From assembly GCA_964016885.1 (NCBI GenBank), contig OZ024743.1, forward strand, positions 136,834,001 to 136,898,000: a stretch of 64,000 nucleotides of DNA, written 5' to 3'. The position numbers and the translations under genes were made by a program. The stretch comes from Eledone cirrhosa. Its lineage: Eukaryota. Shown here one piece after another: positions 11,963 to 24,240 of this stretch. Every line of letters begins with the position of its first letter. Within the stretch, counting starts at the first letter, position 1. A model generated the notes under the pieces. It was given only the letters and a program-made list of their open reading frames with translations. It had not been told where the DNA came from and ran no database searches.

Positions 11963-14900
11963 TTGATGCTTGGTGCTTGGTGCTTGGTGTTTGGTGCTTG
12001 GTGCTTGGTGTTTGGTGCTTGGTACTTGGTGTTTGGTGCTTGGTGTTTGCTGTTTGCTGTTTGGTGTTTGGTGTTTGCTGTTTGCTGTTTGGTGTCTGCT
12101 TTTTGGTGTTTGTTGTTTGCTCTATGGTGTTTGCTGTTTCGTGTTTGGTGTTTGCTATTTGGTGTTTGGTGTTTGCTGTTTGGTGTTTGGTGCTTGGTGT
12201 TTGGTGCTTGGTGCTTGGTGTTTGGTGCTAGGTGCTTGGTGTTTGGTGCTTGGTGTTTGCTGTTTGGTGCTTGGTACTTGGGGCTTGGTGTTTGGTGCTT
12301 GGTGCTTCGTGCTTGGTGTTTGGTGCTTGGTGCCTGGTGCTTGTTGTTTGGTGATTGGTGCTTGGTGTTTGCTGTTTGGTGCTGCGTGCTTGGTGCTTGG
12401 TGCTTGGTGCTTGGTGCTTGGTGTTTTGTGTTTGGTGTTTGATGCTTGGTGTCTGGTGTTTGGTGCTTGATGCTTGGTGTTTGGTGTTTGATGCTTGGTG
12501 CTTGATGCTTGGTGCTTTGTGCTTGGTGTTTGGTGCTTGGTGCTTGGTGTTTGTACTTGGTGTTTGGTGCTTGGTGTTTGGTGCTTGGTGCTTGGTGTTT
12601 GGTGCTTGGTGCTTGGTGTTTGGTGTTTGGTGCTTGGTGTTTGGTGCTTGGTGCTTGGTGCTTGGTGTTAGGTGTTTGGTGCTTCATGCCTGGTGCTTGG
12701 TGTTTGGTGCTTGGTGCTTGGTGTTTGGTGTTTGGTGCTTCATGCTTGGTGCTTGGTGTTTGGTGCTTGGTGCTTGGTATTTGGTGCTTGGTGCCTGGTG
12801 CATGGTGTTTGGTGCTTGATGCTTGGTGTTTGGTGTTTGGTGCTTGGTGTTTGGTGCTTGGTGCTTGGTGCTTGGTGTTAGGTGTTAGGTGTTTGATGCT
12901 TGGAGTTTGCTGTTTGGTGTTTGGTGTTTGCTGTTTGGTGTTTGGTCTTTGGTGCTTGGTCTTTGGTGCTTGGTGTTTGGTGCTTGGTGCTTGGTGTTTG
13001 GTGCTTGGTGCCTGGTGCTTGTTGTTTGGTGATTGGTGCTTGGTGTTTCCTGTTTGCTGTTTGGTGTTTGGTGTTTGCTGTTTTGTGTTTGGTGCTTGGT
13101 GCTTGGTGTTTGGTGCATGGTGCTTGATGCTTGGTGTTTGTACTTGGTGCTTGGTGCATGGTGTTTTGTGCTTGGTGCTTGGTGTTTGGTGCTTGGTGTT
13201 TGGTGCTTAGTGCTTGGTGTTTGGTGTTTGGTGCTTGGTGTTTGGTGCTTGGTGCTTGGTGCTTGGTGTTTGGTGTTTGGTGCTTCCTGCTTGGTGCTTG
13301 GTGTTTGGTGCTTGGTGCTTGGTGTTTGGTGCTTGGTGCCTGGTGCATGGTGTTTGGTGTTTGATGCTTGGTGTTTGGTGTTTGGTGCTTGGTGTTTGGT
13401 GCTTGGTGCTTGGTGCTTGGTGTTAGGTGTTAGGTGTTTGGTGATTGGTGCTTGGTGTTTGGTGCTTGGTGCTTGATGTTTGGTGCTTGGAGCTTGGTGT
13501 TTGGTGCTTGGTGTTTGGTGCTTGGTACTTGGGGCTTGGTGTTTGGTGCTTGGTGCTTGGTGCTTGGTGTTTGGTGCTTGGTGCTTGGTGTTTGGTGTTT
13601 GGTGCTTGGTGTTTGGTGCTTGGTGCTTGGTGCTGGGTGGTTGGTGTTTGGTGCTTGGTGCCTGGTGTTTGGTGCTTGGTGCTTGGTGCTTGGTGTTTGG
13701 TGCTTGGCGCTTGGTGCTTGGTCTTTGGTGCTTGGTGTTTGGTGTTTGGTGCTTTGTGCTTGGTGTTTGGTGCTTGGTGATTAGTGTTTGGTGCTTGGTG
13801 CTTGGGGTTTGGTGTTTGGTGCTTGGTGCTTGGTGTTTGGTGCTTGGTGTTTGGTTTTTACTGTTTGGTGTTTGGTGTTTGCTGTTTGCTGTTTGCTGTT
13901 TGGTGTCTGCTTTTTGGTGTTTGGTGTTTGCTGTATCGTGTTTTCTGTTTCGTGTTTATTGTTTGCTGTTTGGTGTTTGGTGTTTGGTGTTTGGTGTTTC
14001 CTGTTTGGTGTTTAGTCTTTGGTGATTGGTGCTTGGTGCTTGGTGTTTGGTGTTTGGTGCTTGGTGCTTGGTGTTTGGTGCTTGGTACTTGTTGTTTGGA
14101 GATTGGTGCTTGGTGCTTGGTGTTTGCTGTTTGGTGCTTGGGGCTTGGTGTTTGGTGCTGCGTGCTTGGTGCTTGGTGCTTGGTGCTTGGTGCTTGGTGT
14201 TTGGTGTTTGATGATTGGTGTTTGGTGTTTGGTGTTTGGTGCTTGGTGCTTGGTGTTTGGTGTTTGATGCTTGCTGCTTGATGCTTGGTGCTTGGTGCTT
14301 GGTGTTTGGTGCTTGGTGCTTGGTGTTTGGTGCTTGGTACTTGGTGTTTGTTGCTTGGTGTTTGCTGTTTGCTGTTTGGTGTTTGGTGTTTGTTGTTTGC
14401 TGTTTGGTGTCTGCTTTTTGGTGTTTGTTGTTTGCTCTATGGTGTTTGCTGTTTCATGTTTGGTGTTTGCTGTTTGGTGTTTGGTGTTTGCTGTTTGGTG
14501 TTTGGTGCTTGGTGTTTGGTGCTTGGTGCTTGGTGTTTGGTGCTAGGTGCTTCATGCTTGGTGCTTGGTGTTTGGTGTTTGGTGCTTGGTACTTGGGGCT
14601 TGGTGTTTGGTGCTTGGTGCTTCGTGCTTGGTGTTTGGTGCTTGGTGCTTGGTGTTTGGTGTTTGGTGCTTGGTGCCTGGTGCTTGTTGTTTGGTGATTG
14701 GTGCTTGGTGTTTGCTGTTTGGTGCTGCGTGCTTGGTGCTTGGTGCTTGGTGCTTGGTGCTTGGTGTTTTGTGTTTGGTGTTTGATGCTTGGTGTTTGGT
14801 GTTTGGTGCTTGGTTCTTGGTGTTTGGTGTTTGATGCTTGGTGCTTGATGCTTGGTGCTTGGTGCTTGGTGTTTGGTGCTTGGTGCTTGGTGTTTGTACT

Positions 14901-15769
14901 TGGTGTTTGGTGCTTGGTGTTTGGTGCTTGGTGCTTGGTGTTTGGTGCTTGGTGCTTGGTGCTTGGTGTTTGGTGTTTGGTGCTTTGTGTTTGGTGCTTG
15001 GTGCTTGGTGCTTGGTGTTAGGTGTTTGGTGCTTCATGTCTGGTGCTTGGTGTTTGGTGCTTGGTGCTTGGTGTTTGGTGCTTGGTGCCTGGTGCATGGT
15101 GTTTGTTGCTTGGTGCTTGGTGTTTGGTGTTTGGTGCTTGGTGTTTGGTGCTTGGTGCTTGGTGTTTGGTGTTTGGTGTTTGGTGCTTGCTGCTTGCTGC
15201 TTGGTGTTTGGTGCTTGGTGATTGGTGCTTGGTGTTTGGTGCTTGGTGCTTGGTGTTTGGTGCTAGGTGCTTGGTGCTTGGTGCTTGGTGTTTGGTGTTT
15301 GGTGCTTGGTACTTGGGGCTTTGTATTTGGTGCTTGGTGCTTCGTGTTTGGTGTTTGGTGCTTGGTGCTTGGTGTTTGGTGCTTGGTGTTTGGTGCTTGG
15401 TGCTTGGTGCTGTGTGGTTGGCGTTTGGTGCTTGGTGCTTGGTGTTTGGTGCTTGGTGCTTGGTGCTTGGTGTTTGGTGCTTGGTGTTTGGTGTTTGGTG
15501 CTTGGTGCTTGGTGTTTGGTGCTTGGTGCTTGGTGATTAGTGTTTGGTGCTTGGTGCTTGGGGTTTGGTGTTTGGTGCTTGGTGCTTGGTGTTTGGTGCT
15601 TGGTGCTTGGTGTTTGGTGCTTGGTGTTTGGTGTTTGCTGTTTGGTGTTTGGTGTTTGGTGTTTGCTGTTTGCTGTTTGCTGTTTGGTGTCTGCTTTTTG
15701 GTGTTTGGTGTTTGCTGTATGGTGTTTGCTGTTTCGTGTTTATTGTTTGCTGTTTGGTGTTTGGTGTTT

Positions 15770-18700
15770 GGTGTTTGGTGTTTCCTGTTTGGTCTTTAGT
15801 CTTTGGTGCTTGGTGTTCGGTGCTTGGTGCTTGGTATTTGGTGTTTGGTGTTTGGTGCTTGGTGCTTGGTGTTTGGTGCTTGGTGCTTGGTGTTTGGTGT
15901 TTGGTGCTTGGTGCTTGGTGTTTGTTGTTTGGTGTTTTCTGTTTGGTGTTTGGTGTTTGCTGTTTCGTGTCTGCTTTTTGGTGTTTGGTGTTTGCTGTAT
16001 GTTGTTTGCTGTTTGCTGTTTGGTGTTTGGTGTTTGGTGTTTGGTGCTTGGTGCTTGGTGTTTGGTGCTTGGTGCTTGGTGTTTGGTGCCTGGTGCTTGG
16101 TGCTTGGTGCTTGGTGTTTGGTGTTTGGTGCTTGGTGCTTGGTGCTTGGTGTTTTGTGTTTGGTGTTTGGTTTTTGGTGCTTGGTCCTTGGTGTTTGGTG
16201 CTGGGTGCTTTGTGTCTGGTGCTTGGTGCTTGGTGTTCGGTGTTTGCTGCTTGGTGTTTGATGCTTGGTGCTTGGTGCTTGGTGTTTTGTGTTTGGTGCT
16301 TGGTGCTTGGTGTTTGGTGATTGGTGCTTGGTGTTTGGTGCCTGGTGCTTGGTGCTTGGTGCTTGGTCCTTGGTGTTTGGTGCTGGGTGCTTGGTGTTTG
16401 ATGCTTGGTGCTTGGTGTTTGGTGCTTGGTGCTTGGTGTTTGGTGCTTGGTGCTGGTTGGTTGGTGTTTGGTGCTTGGTGTTTGGTGCTGGGTGCTTGGT
16501 GTTTGGTGCTTGGTGCTTGGTCTTTGGTGCTTGGTGTTTGGTGTTTGGTGCTTGGTGCTTGGTGTTTGGTGCTTGGTGCTTGGTGTTTAGTGCTTGGTGC
16601 TTAGTGTTTGGTGCTAGGTGCTTGGGGTTTGGTGTTTGGTGCTTGGTGTTTGGTGCTTGGTGCTTGGTGTTTGGTGCTTGGTGTTTGGTGTTTGCTGTTT
16701 GCTGTTTGGTGTTTGTTGTTTGGTGTTTGTTGTTTGGTGTTTGCTGTTTGGTGTTTCGTGTTTGCTGTTTCGTGTCTGCTTTTTGGTGTTTGGTGTTTGC
16801 TGTATGTTGTTTGCTGTTTGGTGTTTGGTGTTTGGTGTTTGGTGCTTGGTGCTTGGTGTTTGGTGCTTGGTGCTTGGTGTTTGGTGCCTGGTGCTTGGTG
16901 CTTGGTGTTTGGTGTTTGGTGTTTGGTGCTTGGTGCTTGGTGCTTGGAGTTTTGTGTTTGGTGTTTGGTTTTTGGTGCTTGGTGTTTGGTTCTTGGTTCT
17001 TGGTGTTTGGTGTTTGGTATTTGGTGTTTGGTGCTTGTTGCTTGGTGTTTTGTGCTTGGTGCTTGGTGTTTGGTGCCTGGTGCTTGGTGCTTGGTGCTTG
17101 GTGTTTGGTGTTTGGTGCTTGGTGCTTGTTGTTTTGGGTTTGGTGTTTGGTTTTTGGTGCTTGGTGCTTGGTGCTTGGTCCTTGGTGTTTGGTGCTGGGT
17201 GCTTTGTGTTTGGTGCTTGGTGCTTGGTGTTTGGTGTTTGCTGCTTGGTGTTTGATGCTTGGTGCTTGGTGCTTGGTGCTTGGTGTTTTGTGTTTGGTGC
17301 TTGGTGTTTGGTGCTTGGTGCTTGGTGTTTGTACTTGGTGCTTGGTGCTTGGTGCTTGGTGTTTGGTGTTTGGTGCTTGGTGTTTGGTGCTTGGTGCTTG
17401 GTGCTTGGTGTTAGGTGTTTAGTGCTTGGTGCTTGGTGTTTGGTGCTTGGTGTTTGCTGTTTGCTGTTTGCTGTTTGGTGTTTGGTGTTTGGTGTTTGCT
17501 GTTTGGTGTCTGCTTTTTGGTGTTTAGTGTTTGCTGTATGGTGTTTGCTGTTTCGTGTTTGGTGTTTGTTGTTTGGTGTTTGGTCTTTGGTGCTTGGTGC
17601 TTGGTGCTTGGTGCTTGGTGCTTGGTGTTTGGTGTTTGGTGTTTGGTGCTTGGTGTTTGGTGTTTGTTGTTTGGTGCTTGGTGTCTGGTGCTTGGTGTTT
17701 GGTGTTTGGTGCTTGGTGTTTGGTGTTCGGTGTTTGGTGCTTGGTGCTTGGTGTTTGGTGTTCGGTGTTTGGTGCAAGGTGCTTGGTGTTTGGTGTTTGG
17801 TGCTTGGTGTTTGGTGTTTGGTGCTTTTTCCTTGGTGCTTGGTGCTTGGTGTTTGGTGCTTGGTGCTTGGTGTTTGGTGCTGGGTGCTTGGTGCTTGGTG
17901 TCTGACTGTTTGGTGCTTGGTGCTTGGTGTTTGGTGTTTGGTGTTATATGCTTGGTGTTTGATGCTTGGTGCTTGGTGCTTGGTGTTTGGTGTTTGGTGT
18001 TTGATGCTTGGTGCTTGGTGCTTGGTGTTTGGTCTTTGGTGCTTGGTGTTTGTACTTGGTGCTTGGTGCTTGGTGCTTGGTGTTTGGTGCTTGGTGTTTG
18101 GTGCTTGGTGCTTGGTGCTTGGTGCTTGGTGTTTGGTGGTTGGTGTTTGGTGCTTGGTGTTAGGTGTTTGGTGCTTGGTGTTTGGTGTTTGGTGCTTGGT
18201 GTTTGGTGCTTGGTACTTGGTGCTTGGTGCTTGGTGTTAGATTTTGGTGCTTGGTGCTTGGTGCTTGGTGTTTGGTGCTTGGTGTTTGGTGCTTGGTGCT
18301 TGGTGCTTGGTGCTTGGTGCTTGGTGTTTGGTGGTTGGTGTTTGGTGCTTGGTGTTAGGTGTTTGGTGCTTGATGCTTGGTGTTTGGTGCTTTTTGCTTG
18401 GTGCTTGGTGCTTGGTGTTTGGTGCTTGATGCTTGGTGTTTGGTGCTGGGTGCTTGGTGCTTGGTGTTTGGTGTTTGGTGATTGGTGCTTGGTGTTTGGT
18501 GTTTGGTGTTATATGCTTGGTGTTTGATGCTTGGTGCTTGGTGCTTGGTGTTTGGTACTTGGTGATTGATGCTTGGTGCTTGGTGCTTGGTGTTTGGTGC
18601 TTGGTGCTTGGTGTTTGGTGCTTGGTGTTTGGTGCTTGGTGTTTGGTGATTGGTGCTTGGTGCTTGGTGCTTGGTGCTTGGTGTTTGGTGGTTGGTGCTT

Positions 18701-21700
18701 GGTGCTTGGTGTTAGGTGTTTGGTGCTTGGTGCTTGGTGTTTGGTGTTTGGTGCTTGGTGTTTGGTGTTTGGTGCTTGGTGTTTGGTGCTTGGTACTTGG
18801 TGCTTGGTGCTTGGTGTTAGGTGTTTGGTGCTTGGTGCTTGGTGTCTGGTTTTTGGTGCTTGGTGCTTGGTGTTTGGTGTTTGGTGTTTGGTGTTTGGTG
18901 TTTCCTGTTTGGTCTTTAGTCTTTGGTGCTTGGTGTTCGGTGCTTGGTGCTTGGTATTTGGTGTTTGGTGTTTGGTGCTTGGTGCTTGGTGTTTGGTGCT
19001 TGGTGCTTGGTGTTTGGTGTTTGGTGCTTGGTGCTTGGTGTTTGTTGTTTGGTGTTTTCTGTTTGGTGTTTGGTGTTTGCTGTTTCGTGTCTGCTTTTTG
19101 GTGTTTGGTGTTTGCTGTATGTTGGTTGCTGTTTGCTGTTTGGTGTTTGGTGTTTGGTGTTTGGTGCTTGGTGCTTGGTGTTTGGTGCTTGGTGCTTGGT
19201 GTTTGGTGCCTGGTGCTTGGTGCTTGGTGCTTGGTGTTTGGTGTTTGGTGCTTGGTGCTTGGTGCTTGGTGTTTTGTGTTTGGTGTTTGGTTTTTGGTGC
19301 TTGGTCCTTGGTGTTTGGTGCTGGGTGCTTTGTGTCTGGTGCTTGGTGCTTGGTGTTTGGTGTTTGCTGCTTGGTGTTTGATGCTTGGTGCTTGGTGCTT
19401 GGTGTTTTGTGTTTGGTGCTTGGTGCTTGGTGTTTGGTGCTTGGTGTTTGGTGTTTGCTGTTTGCTGTTTGGTGTTTGTTGTTTGGTGTTTGTTGTTTGG
19501 TGTTTGCTGTTTGGTGTTTCGTGTTTGCTGTTTCGTGTCTGCTTTTTGGTGTTTGGTGTTTGCTGTATGTTGTTTGCTGTTTGGTGTTTGGTGTTTGGTG
19601 TTTGGTGCTTGGTGCTTGGTGTTTGGTGCTTGGTGCTTGGTGTTTGGTGCCTGGTGCTTGGTGCTTGGTGTTTGGTGTTTGGTGTTTGGTGCTTGGTGCT
19701 TGGTGCTTGGTGTTTTGTGTTTGGTGTTTGGTTTTTGGTGCTTGGTGTTTGGTTCTTGGTTCTTGGTGTTTGGTGTTTGGTATTTGGTGTTTGGTGCTTG
19801 TTGCTTGGTGTTTTGTGCTTGGTGCTTGGTGTTTGGTGCCTGGTGCTTGGTGCTTGGTGCTTGGTGTTTGGTGTTTGGTGCTTGGTGCTTGTTGTTTTGG
19901 GTTTGGTGTTTGGTTTTTGGTGCTTGGTGCTTGGTGCTTGGTCCTTGGTGTTTGGTGCTGGGTGCTTTGTGTTTGGTGCTTGGTGCTTGGTGTTTGGTGT
20001 TTGCTGCTTGGTGTTTGATGCTTGGTGCTTGGTGCTTGGTGTTTTGTGTTTGGTGCTTGGTGTTTGGTGCTTGGTGCTTGGTGTTTGTACTTGGTGCTTG
20101 GTGCTTGGTGCTTGGTGTTTGGTGTTTGGTGCTTGGTGTTTGGTGCTTGGTGCTTGGTGTTAGGTGTTTAGTGCTTGGTGCTTGGTGTTTGGTGCTTGGT
20201 GTTTGCTGTTTGCTGTTTGGTGTTTGGTGTTTGGTGTTTGGTGTTTGCTGTTTGGTGTCTGCTTTTTGGTGTTTAGTGCTTGCTGTATGGTGTTTGCTGT
20301 TTCGTGTTTGGTGTTTGTTGTTTGGTGTTTGGTCTTTGGTGCTTGGTGCTTGGTGCTTGGTGCTTGGTGCTTGGTGTTTGGTGTTTGGTGTTTGGTGCTT
20401 GGTGTTTGGTGTTTGTTGTTTGGTGCTTGGTGTCTGGTGCTTGGTGTTTGGTGTTTGGTGCTTGGTGTTTGGTGTTCGGTGTTTGGTGCTTGGTGCTTGG
20501 TGTTTGGTGTTCGGTGTTTGGTGCTTGGTGCTTGGTGTTTGGTGTTTGGTGCTTGGTGTTTGGTGTTTGGTGCTTTTTGCTTGGTGCTTGGTGCTTGGTG
20601 TTTGGTGCTTGGTGCTTGGTGTTTGGTGCTGGGTGCTTGGTGCTTGGTGTTTGACTGTTTGGTGCTTGGTGCTTGGTGTTTGGTGTTTGGTGTTATATGC
20701 TTGGTGTTTGATGCTTGGTGCTTGGTGCTTGGTGTTTGGTGTTTGGTGTTTGATGCTTGGTGCTTGGTGCTTGGTGTTTGGTCTTTGGTGCTTGGTGTTT
20801 GTACTTGGTGCTTGGTGCTTGGTGCTTGGTGTTTGGTGCTTGGTGTTTGGTGCTTGGTGCTTGGTGCTTGGTGCTTGGTGTTTGGTGGTTGGTGTTTGGT
20901 GCTTGGTGTTAGGTGTTTGGTGCTTGGTGTTTGGTGTTTGGTGCTTGGTGTTTGGTGCTTGGTACTTGGTGCTTGGTGCTTGGTGGTTGGTGTTTGGTGC
21001 TTGGTGTTAGGTGTTTGGTGCTTGGTGTTTGGTGCTTGGTACTTGGTGCTTGGTGCTTGGTGTTAGGTGTTTGGTGCTTGGTGCTTGGTGTCTGGTTTTT
21101 GGTGCTTGGTGCTTGGTGTTTGGCGTTTGGTGTCTGGTGTTTGGTGTTTCCTGTTTGGTCTTTAGTCTTTGGTGCTTGGTGTTCGGTGCTTGGTGCTTGG
21201 TATTTGGTGTTTGGTGTTTGGTGCTTGGTGCTTGGTGTTTGGTGCTTGGTGCTTGGTGTTTGGTGTTTGGTGCTTGGTGCTTGGTGTTTGTTGTTTGGTG
21301 TTTTCTGTTTGGTGTTTGGTGTTTGCTGTTTCGTGTCTGCTTTTTGGTGTTTGGTGTTTGCTGTATGTTGTTTGCTGTTTGCTGTTTGGTGTTTGGTGTT
21401 TGGTGTTTGGTGCTTGGTGCTTGGTGTTTGGTGCTTGGTGCTTGGTGTTTGGTGCCTGGTGCTTGGTGCTTGGTGCTTGGTGTTTGGTGTTTGGTGCTTG
21501 GTGCTTGGTGCTTGGTGTTTTGTGTTTGGTGTTTGGTTTTTGGTGCTTGGTCCTTGGTGTTTGGTGCTGGGTGCTTTGTGTCTGGTGCTTGGTGCTTGGT
21601 GTTTGGTGTTTGCTGCTTGGTGTTTGATGCTTGGTGCTTGGTGCTTGGTGTTTTGTGTTTGGTGCTTGGTGCTTGGTGTTTGGTGATTGGTGCTTGGTGT

Positions 21701-24240
21701 TTGGTGCCTGGTGCTTGGTGCTTGGTGCTTGGTCCTTGGTGTTTGGTGCTGGGTGCTTGGTGTTTGATGCTTGGTGCTTGGTGTTTGGTGCTTGGTGCTT
21801 GGTGTTTGGTGCTTGGTGCTGGTTGGTTGGTGTTTGGTGCTTGGTGTTTGGTGCTGGGTGCTTGGTGTTTGGTGCTTGGTGCTTGGTCTTTGGTGCTTGG
21901 TGTTTGGTGTTTGGTGCTTGGTGCTTGGTGTTTGGTGCTTGGTGCTTGGTGTTTAGTGCTTGGTGCTTAGTGTTTGGTGCTAGGTGCTTGGGGTTTGGTG
22001 TTTGGTGCTTGGTGTTTGGTGCTTGGTGCTTGGTGTTTGGTGCTTGGTGTTTGGTGTTTGCTGTTTGCTGTTTGGTGTTTGTTGTTTGGTGTTTGTTGTT
22101 TGGTGTTTGCTGTTTGGTGTTTCGTGTTTGCTGTTTCGTGTCTGCTTTTTGGTGTTTGGTGTTTGCTGTATGTTGTTTGCTGTTTGGTGTTTGGTGTTTG
22201 GTGTTTGGTGCTTGGTGCTTGGTGTTTGGTGCTTGGTGCTTGGTGTTTGGTGCCTGGTGCTTGGTGCTTGGTGTTTGGTGTTTGGTGTTTGGTGCTTGGT
22301 GCTTGGTGCTTGGTGTTTTGTGTTTGGTGTTTGGTTTTTGGTGCTTGGTGTTTGGTTCTTGGTTCTTGGTGTTTGGTGTTTGGTATTTGGTGTTTGGTGC
22401 TTGTTGCTTGGTGTTTTGTGCTTGGTGCTTGGTGTTTGGTGCCTGGTGCTTGGTGCTTGGTGCTTGGTGTTTGGTGTTTGGTGCTTGGTGCTTGTTGTTT
22501 TGGGTTTGGTGTTTGGTTTTTGGTGCTTGGTGCTTGGTGCTTGGTCCTTGGTGTTTGGTGCTGGGTGCTTTGTGTTTGGTGCTTGGTGCTTGGTGTTTGG
22601 TGTTTGCTGCTTGGTGTTTGATGCTTGGTGCTTGGTGCTTGGTGTTTTGTGTTTGGTGCTTGGTGTTTGGTGCTTGGTGCTTGGTGTTTGTACTTGGTGC
22701 TTGGTGCTTGGTGCTTGGTGTTTGGTGTTTGGTGCTTGGTGTTTGGTGCTTGGTGCTTGGTGCTTGGTGTTAGGTGTTTAGTGCTTGGTGCTTGGTGTTT
22801 GGTGCTTGGTGTTTGCTGTTTGCTGTTTGGTGTTTGGTGTTTGGTGTTTGGTGTTTGCTGTTTGGTGTCTGCTTTTTGGTGTTTAGTGTTTGCTGTATGG
22901 TGTTTGCTGTTTCGTGTTTGGTGTTTGTTGTTTGGTGTTTGGTCTTTGGTGCTTGGTGCTTGGTGCTTGGTGCTTGGTGTTTGGTGTTTGGTGTTTGGTG
23001 CTTGGTGTTTGGTGTTTGTTGTTTGGTGCTTGGTGTCTGGTGCTTGGTGTTTGGTGTTTGGTGCTTGGTGTTTGGTGTTCGGTGTTTGGTGCTTGGTGCT
23101 TGGTGTTTGGTGTTCGGTGTTTGGTGCTTGGTGCTTGGTGTTTGGTGTTTGGTGCTTGGTGTTTGGTGTTTGGTGCTTTTTGCTTGGTGCTTGGTGCTTG
23201 GTGTTTGGTGCTTGGTGCTTGGTGTTTGGTGCTGGGTGCTTGGTGCTTGGTGTTTGACTGTTTGGTGCTTGGTGCTTGGTGTTTGGTGTTTGGTGTTATA
23301 TGCTTGGTGTTTGATGCTTGGTGCTTGGTGCTTGGTGTTTGGTGTTTGGTGTTTGATGCTTGGTGCTTGGTGCTTGGTGTTTGGTCTTTGGTGCTTGGTG
23401 TTTGTACTTGGTGCTTGGTGCTTGGTGCTTGGTGTTTGGTGCTTGGTGTTTGGTGCTTGGTGCTTGGTGCTTGGTGCTTGGTGTTTGGTGGTTGGTGTTT
23501 GGTGCTTGGTGTTAGGTGTTTGGTGCTTGGTGTTTGGTGTTTGGTGCTTGGTGTTTGGTGCTTGGTACTTGGTGCTTGGTGCTTGGTGTTAGGTGTTTGG
23601 TGCTTGGTGCTTGGTGCTTGGTGTTTGGTGCTTGGTGTTTGGTGCTTGGTGCTTGGTGCTTGGTGCTTGGTGCTTGGTGTTTGGTGGTTGGTATTTGGTG
23701 CTTGGTGTTAGGTGTTTGGTGCTTGATGCTTGGTGTTTGGTGCTTTTTGCTTGGTGCTTGGTGCTTGGTGTTTGGTGCTTGATGCTTGGTGTTTGGTGCT
23801 GGGTGCTTGGTGCTTGGTGTTTGGTGTTTGGTGATTGGTGCTTGGTGTTTGGTGTTTGGTGTTATATGCTTGGTGTTTGATGCTTGGTGCTTGGTGCTTG
23901 GTGTTTGGTACTTGGTGATTGATGCTTGGTGCTTGGTGCTTGGTGTTTGGTGCTTGGTGCTTGGTGTTTGGTGCTTGGTGCTTGGTGTTTGGTGCTTGGT
24001 GTTTGGTGCTTGGTGTTTGGTGATTGGTGCTTGGTGCTTGGTGCTTGGTGCTTGGTGTTTGGTGGTTGGTGCTTGGTGTTTGGTGTTAGGTATTTGGTGC
24101 TTGGTGCTTGGTGTTTGGCGTTTGGTGCTTGGTGTTTGGTGTTTGGTGCTTGGTGTTTGGTGCTTGGTACTTGGTGCTTGGTGCTTGGTGTTAGGTGTTT
24201 GGTGCTTGGTGCTTGGTGTCTGGTTTTTGGTGCTTGGTGC
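15770..24240 (+). repeat. Three related HOR copies (about 15770-18870, 18880-21130 internally deleted, 21135-24240); copies 1 and 3 offset 5366/5353 bp
   Basis: The marker block TTCCTGT TTGGTCT TTAGTCT...TCGGTGC...TTGGTAT occurs at about 15782, 18902 and 21148. ORF pairs 15803/18923/21169, 16405/21771, 16608/21974 and 18433/23786. The 8-bp monomer YTGACTGT occurs at 17902, 20651 and 23254. Confidence 0.88.

Larger units (their letters stand above)
3290..14420 (+). repeat. Left-domain HOR: ~4.65-kb unit (about 3290-7925) repeated at about 7927-14420, the second copy expanded by an internal 1784-bp duplication
   Basis: Identical or near-identical ORFs lie at offsets 4650/4643 (3580 vs 8230; 4307 vs 8957; 4664 vs 9307; 5039 vs 9682) and 6519/6512/6505 (6153 vs 12672; 6922 vs 13434; 7710 vs 14215). 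The private markers TAAGTGT and CCGGTGC occur at about 3577/3647 and 8227/8297. Confidence 0.85.

Noticed and set aside
9904-12687. 927-aa minus-strand ORF of (A/T)P(S/N)TKHQ repeats resembling a mucin-like or low-complexity protein
   Set aside because: It is the same artefact on the reverse strand. It has no non-repetitive termini, it spans a duplication junction, and equivalent peptides occur in all three minus frames.
3730-13440. TTAGG-containing stretches (TGTTAGGTGTTAGG) resembling the arthropod telomere pentamer
   Set aside because: These are TAGGTGT point variants in the 7-bp register, never (TTAGG)n or (TTAGGG)n tracts.
17945-17951. TATA-like promoter in TTATATGC
   Set aside because: It is a variant monomer repeated with the HORs, with no downstream gene or other promoter context.
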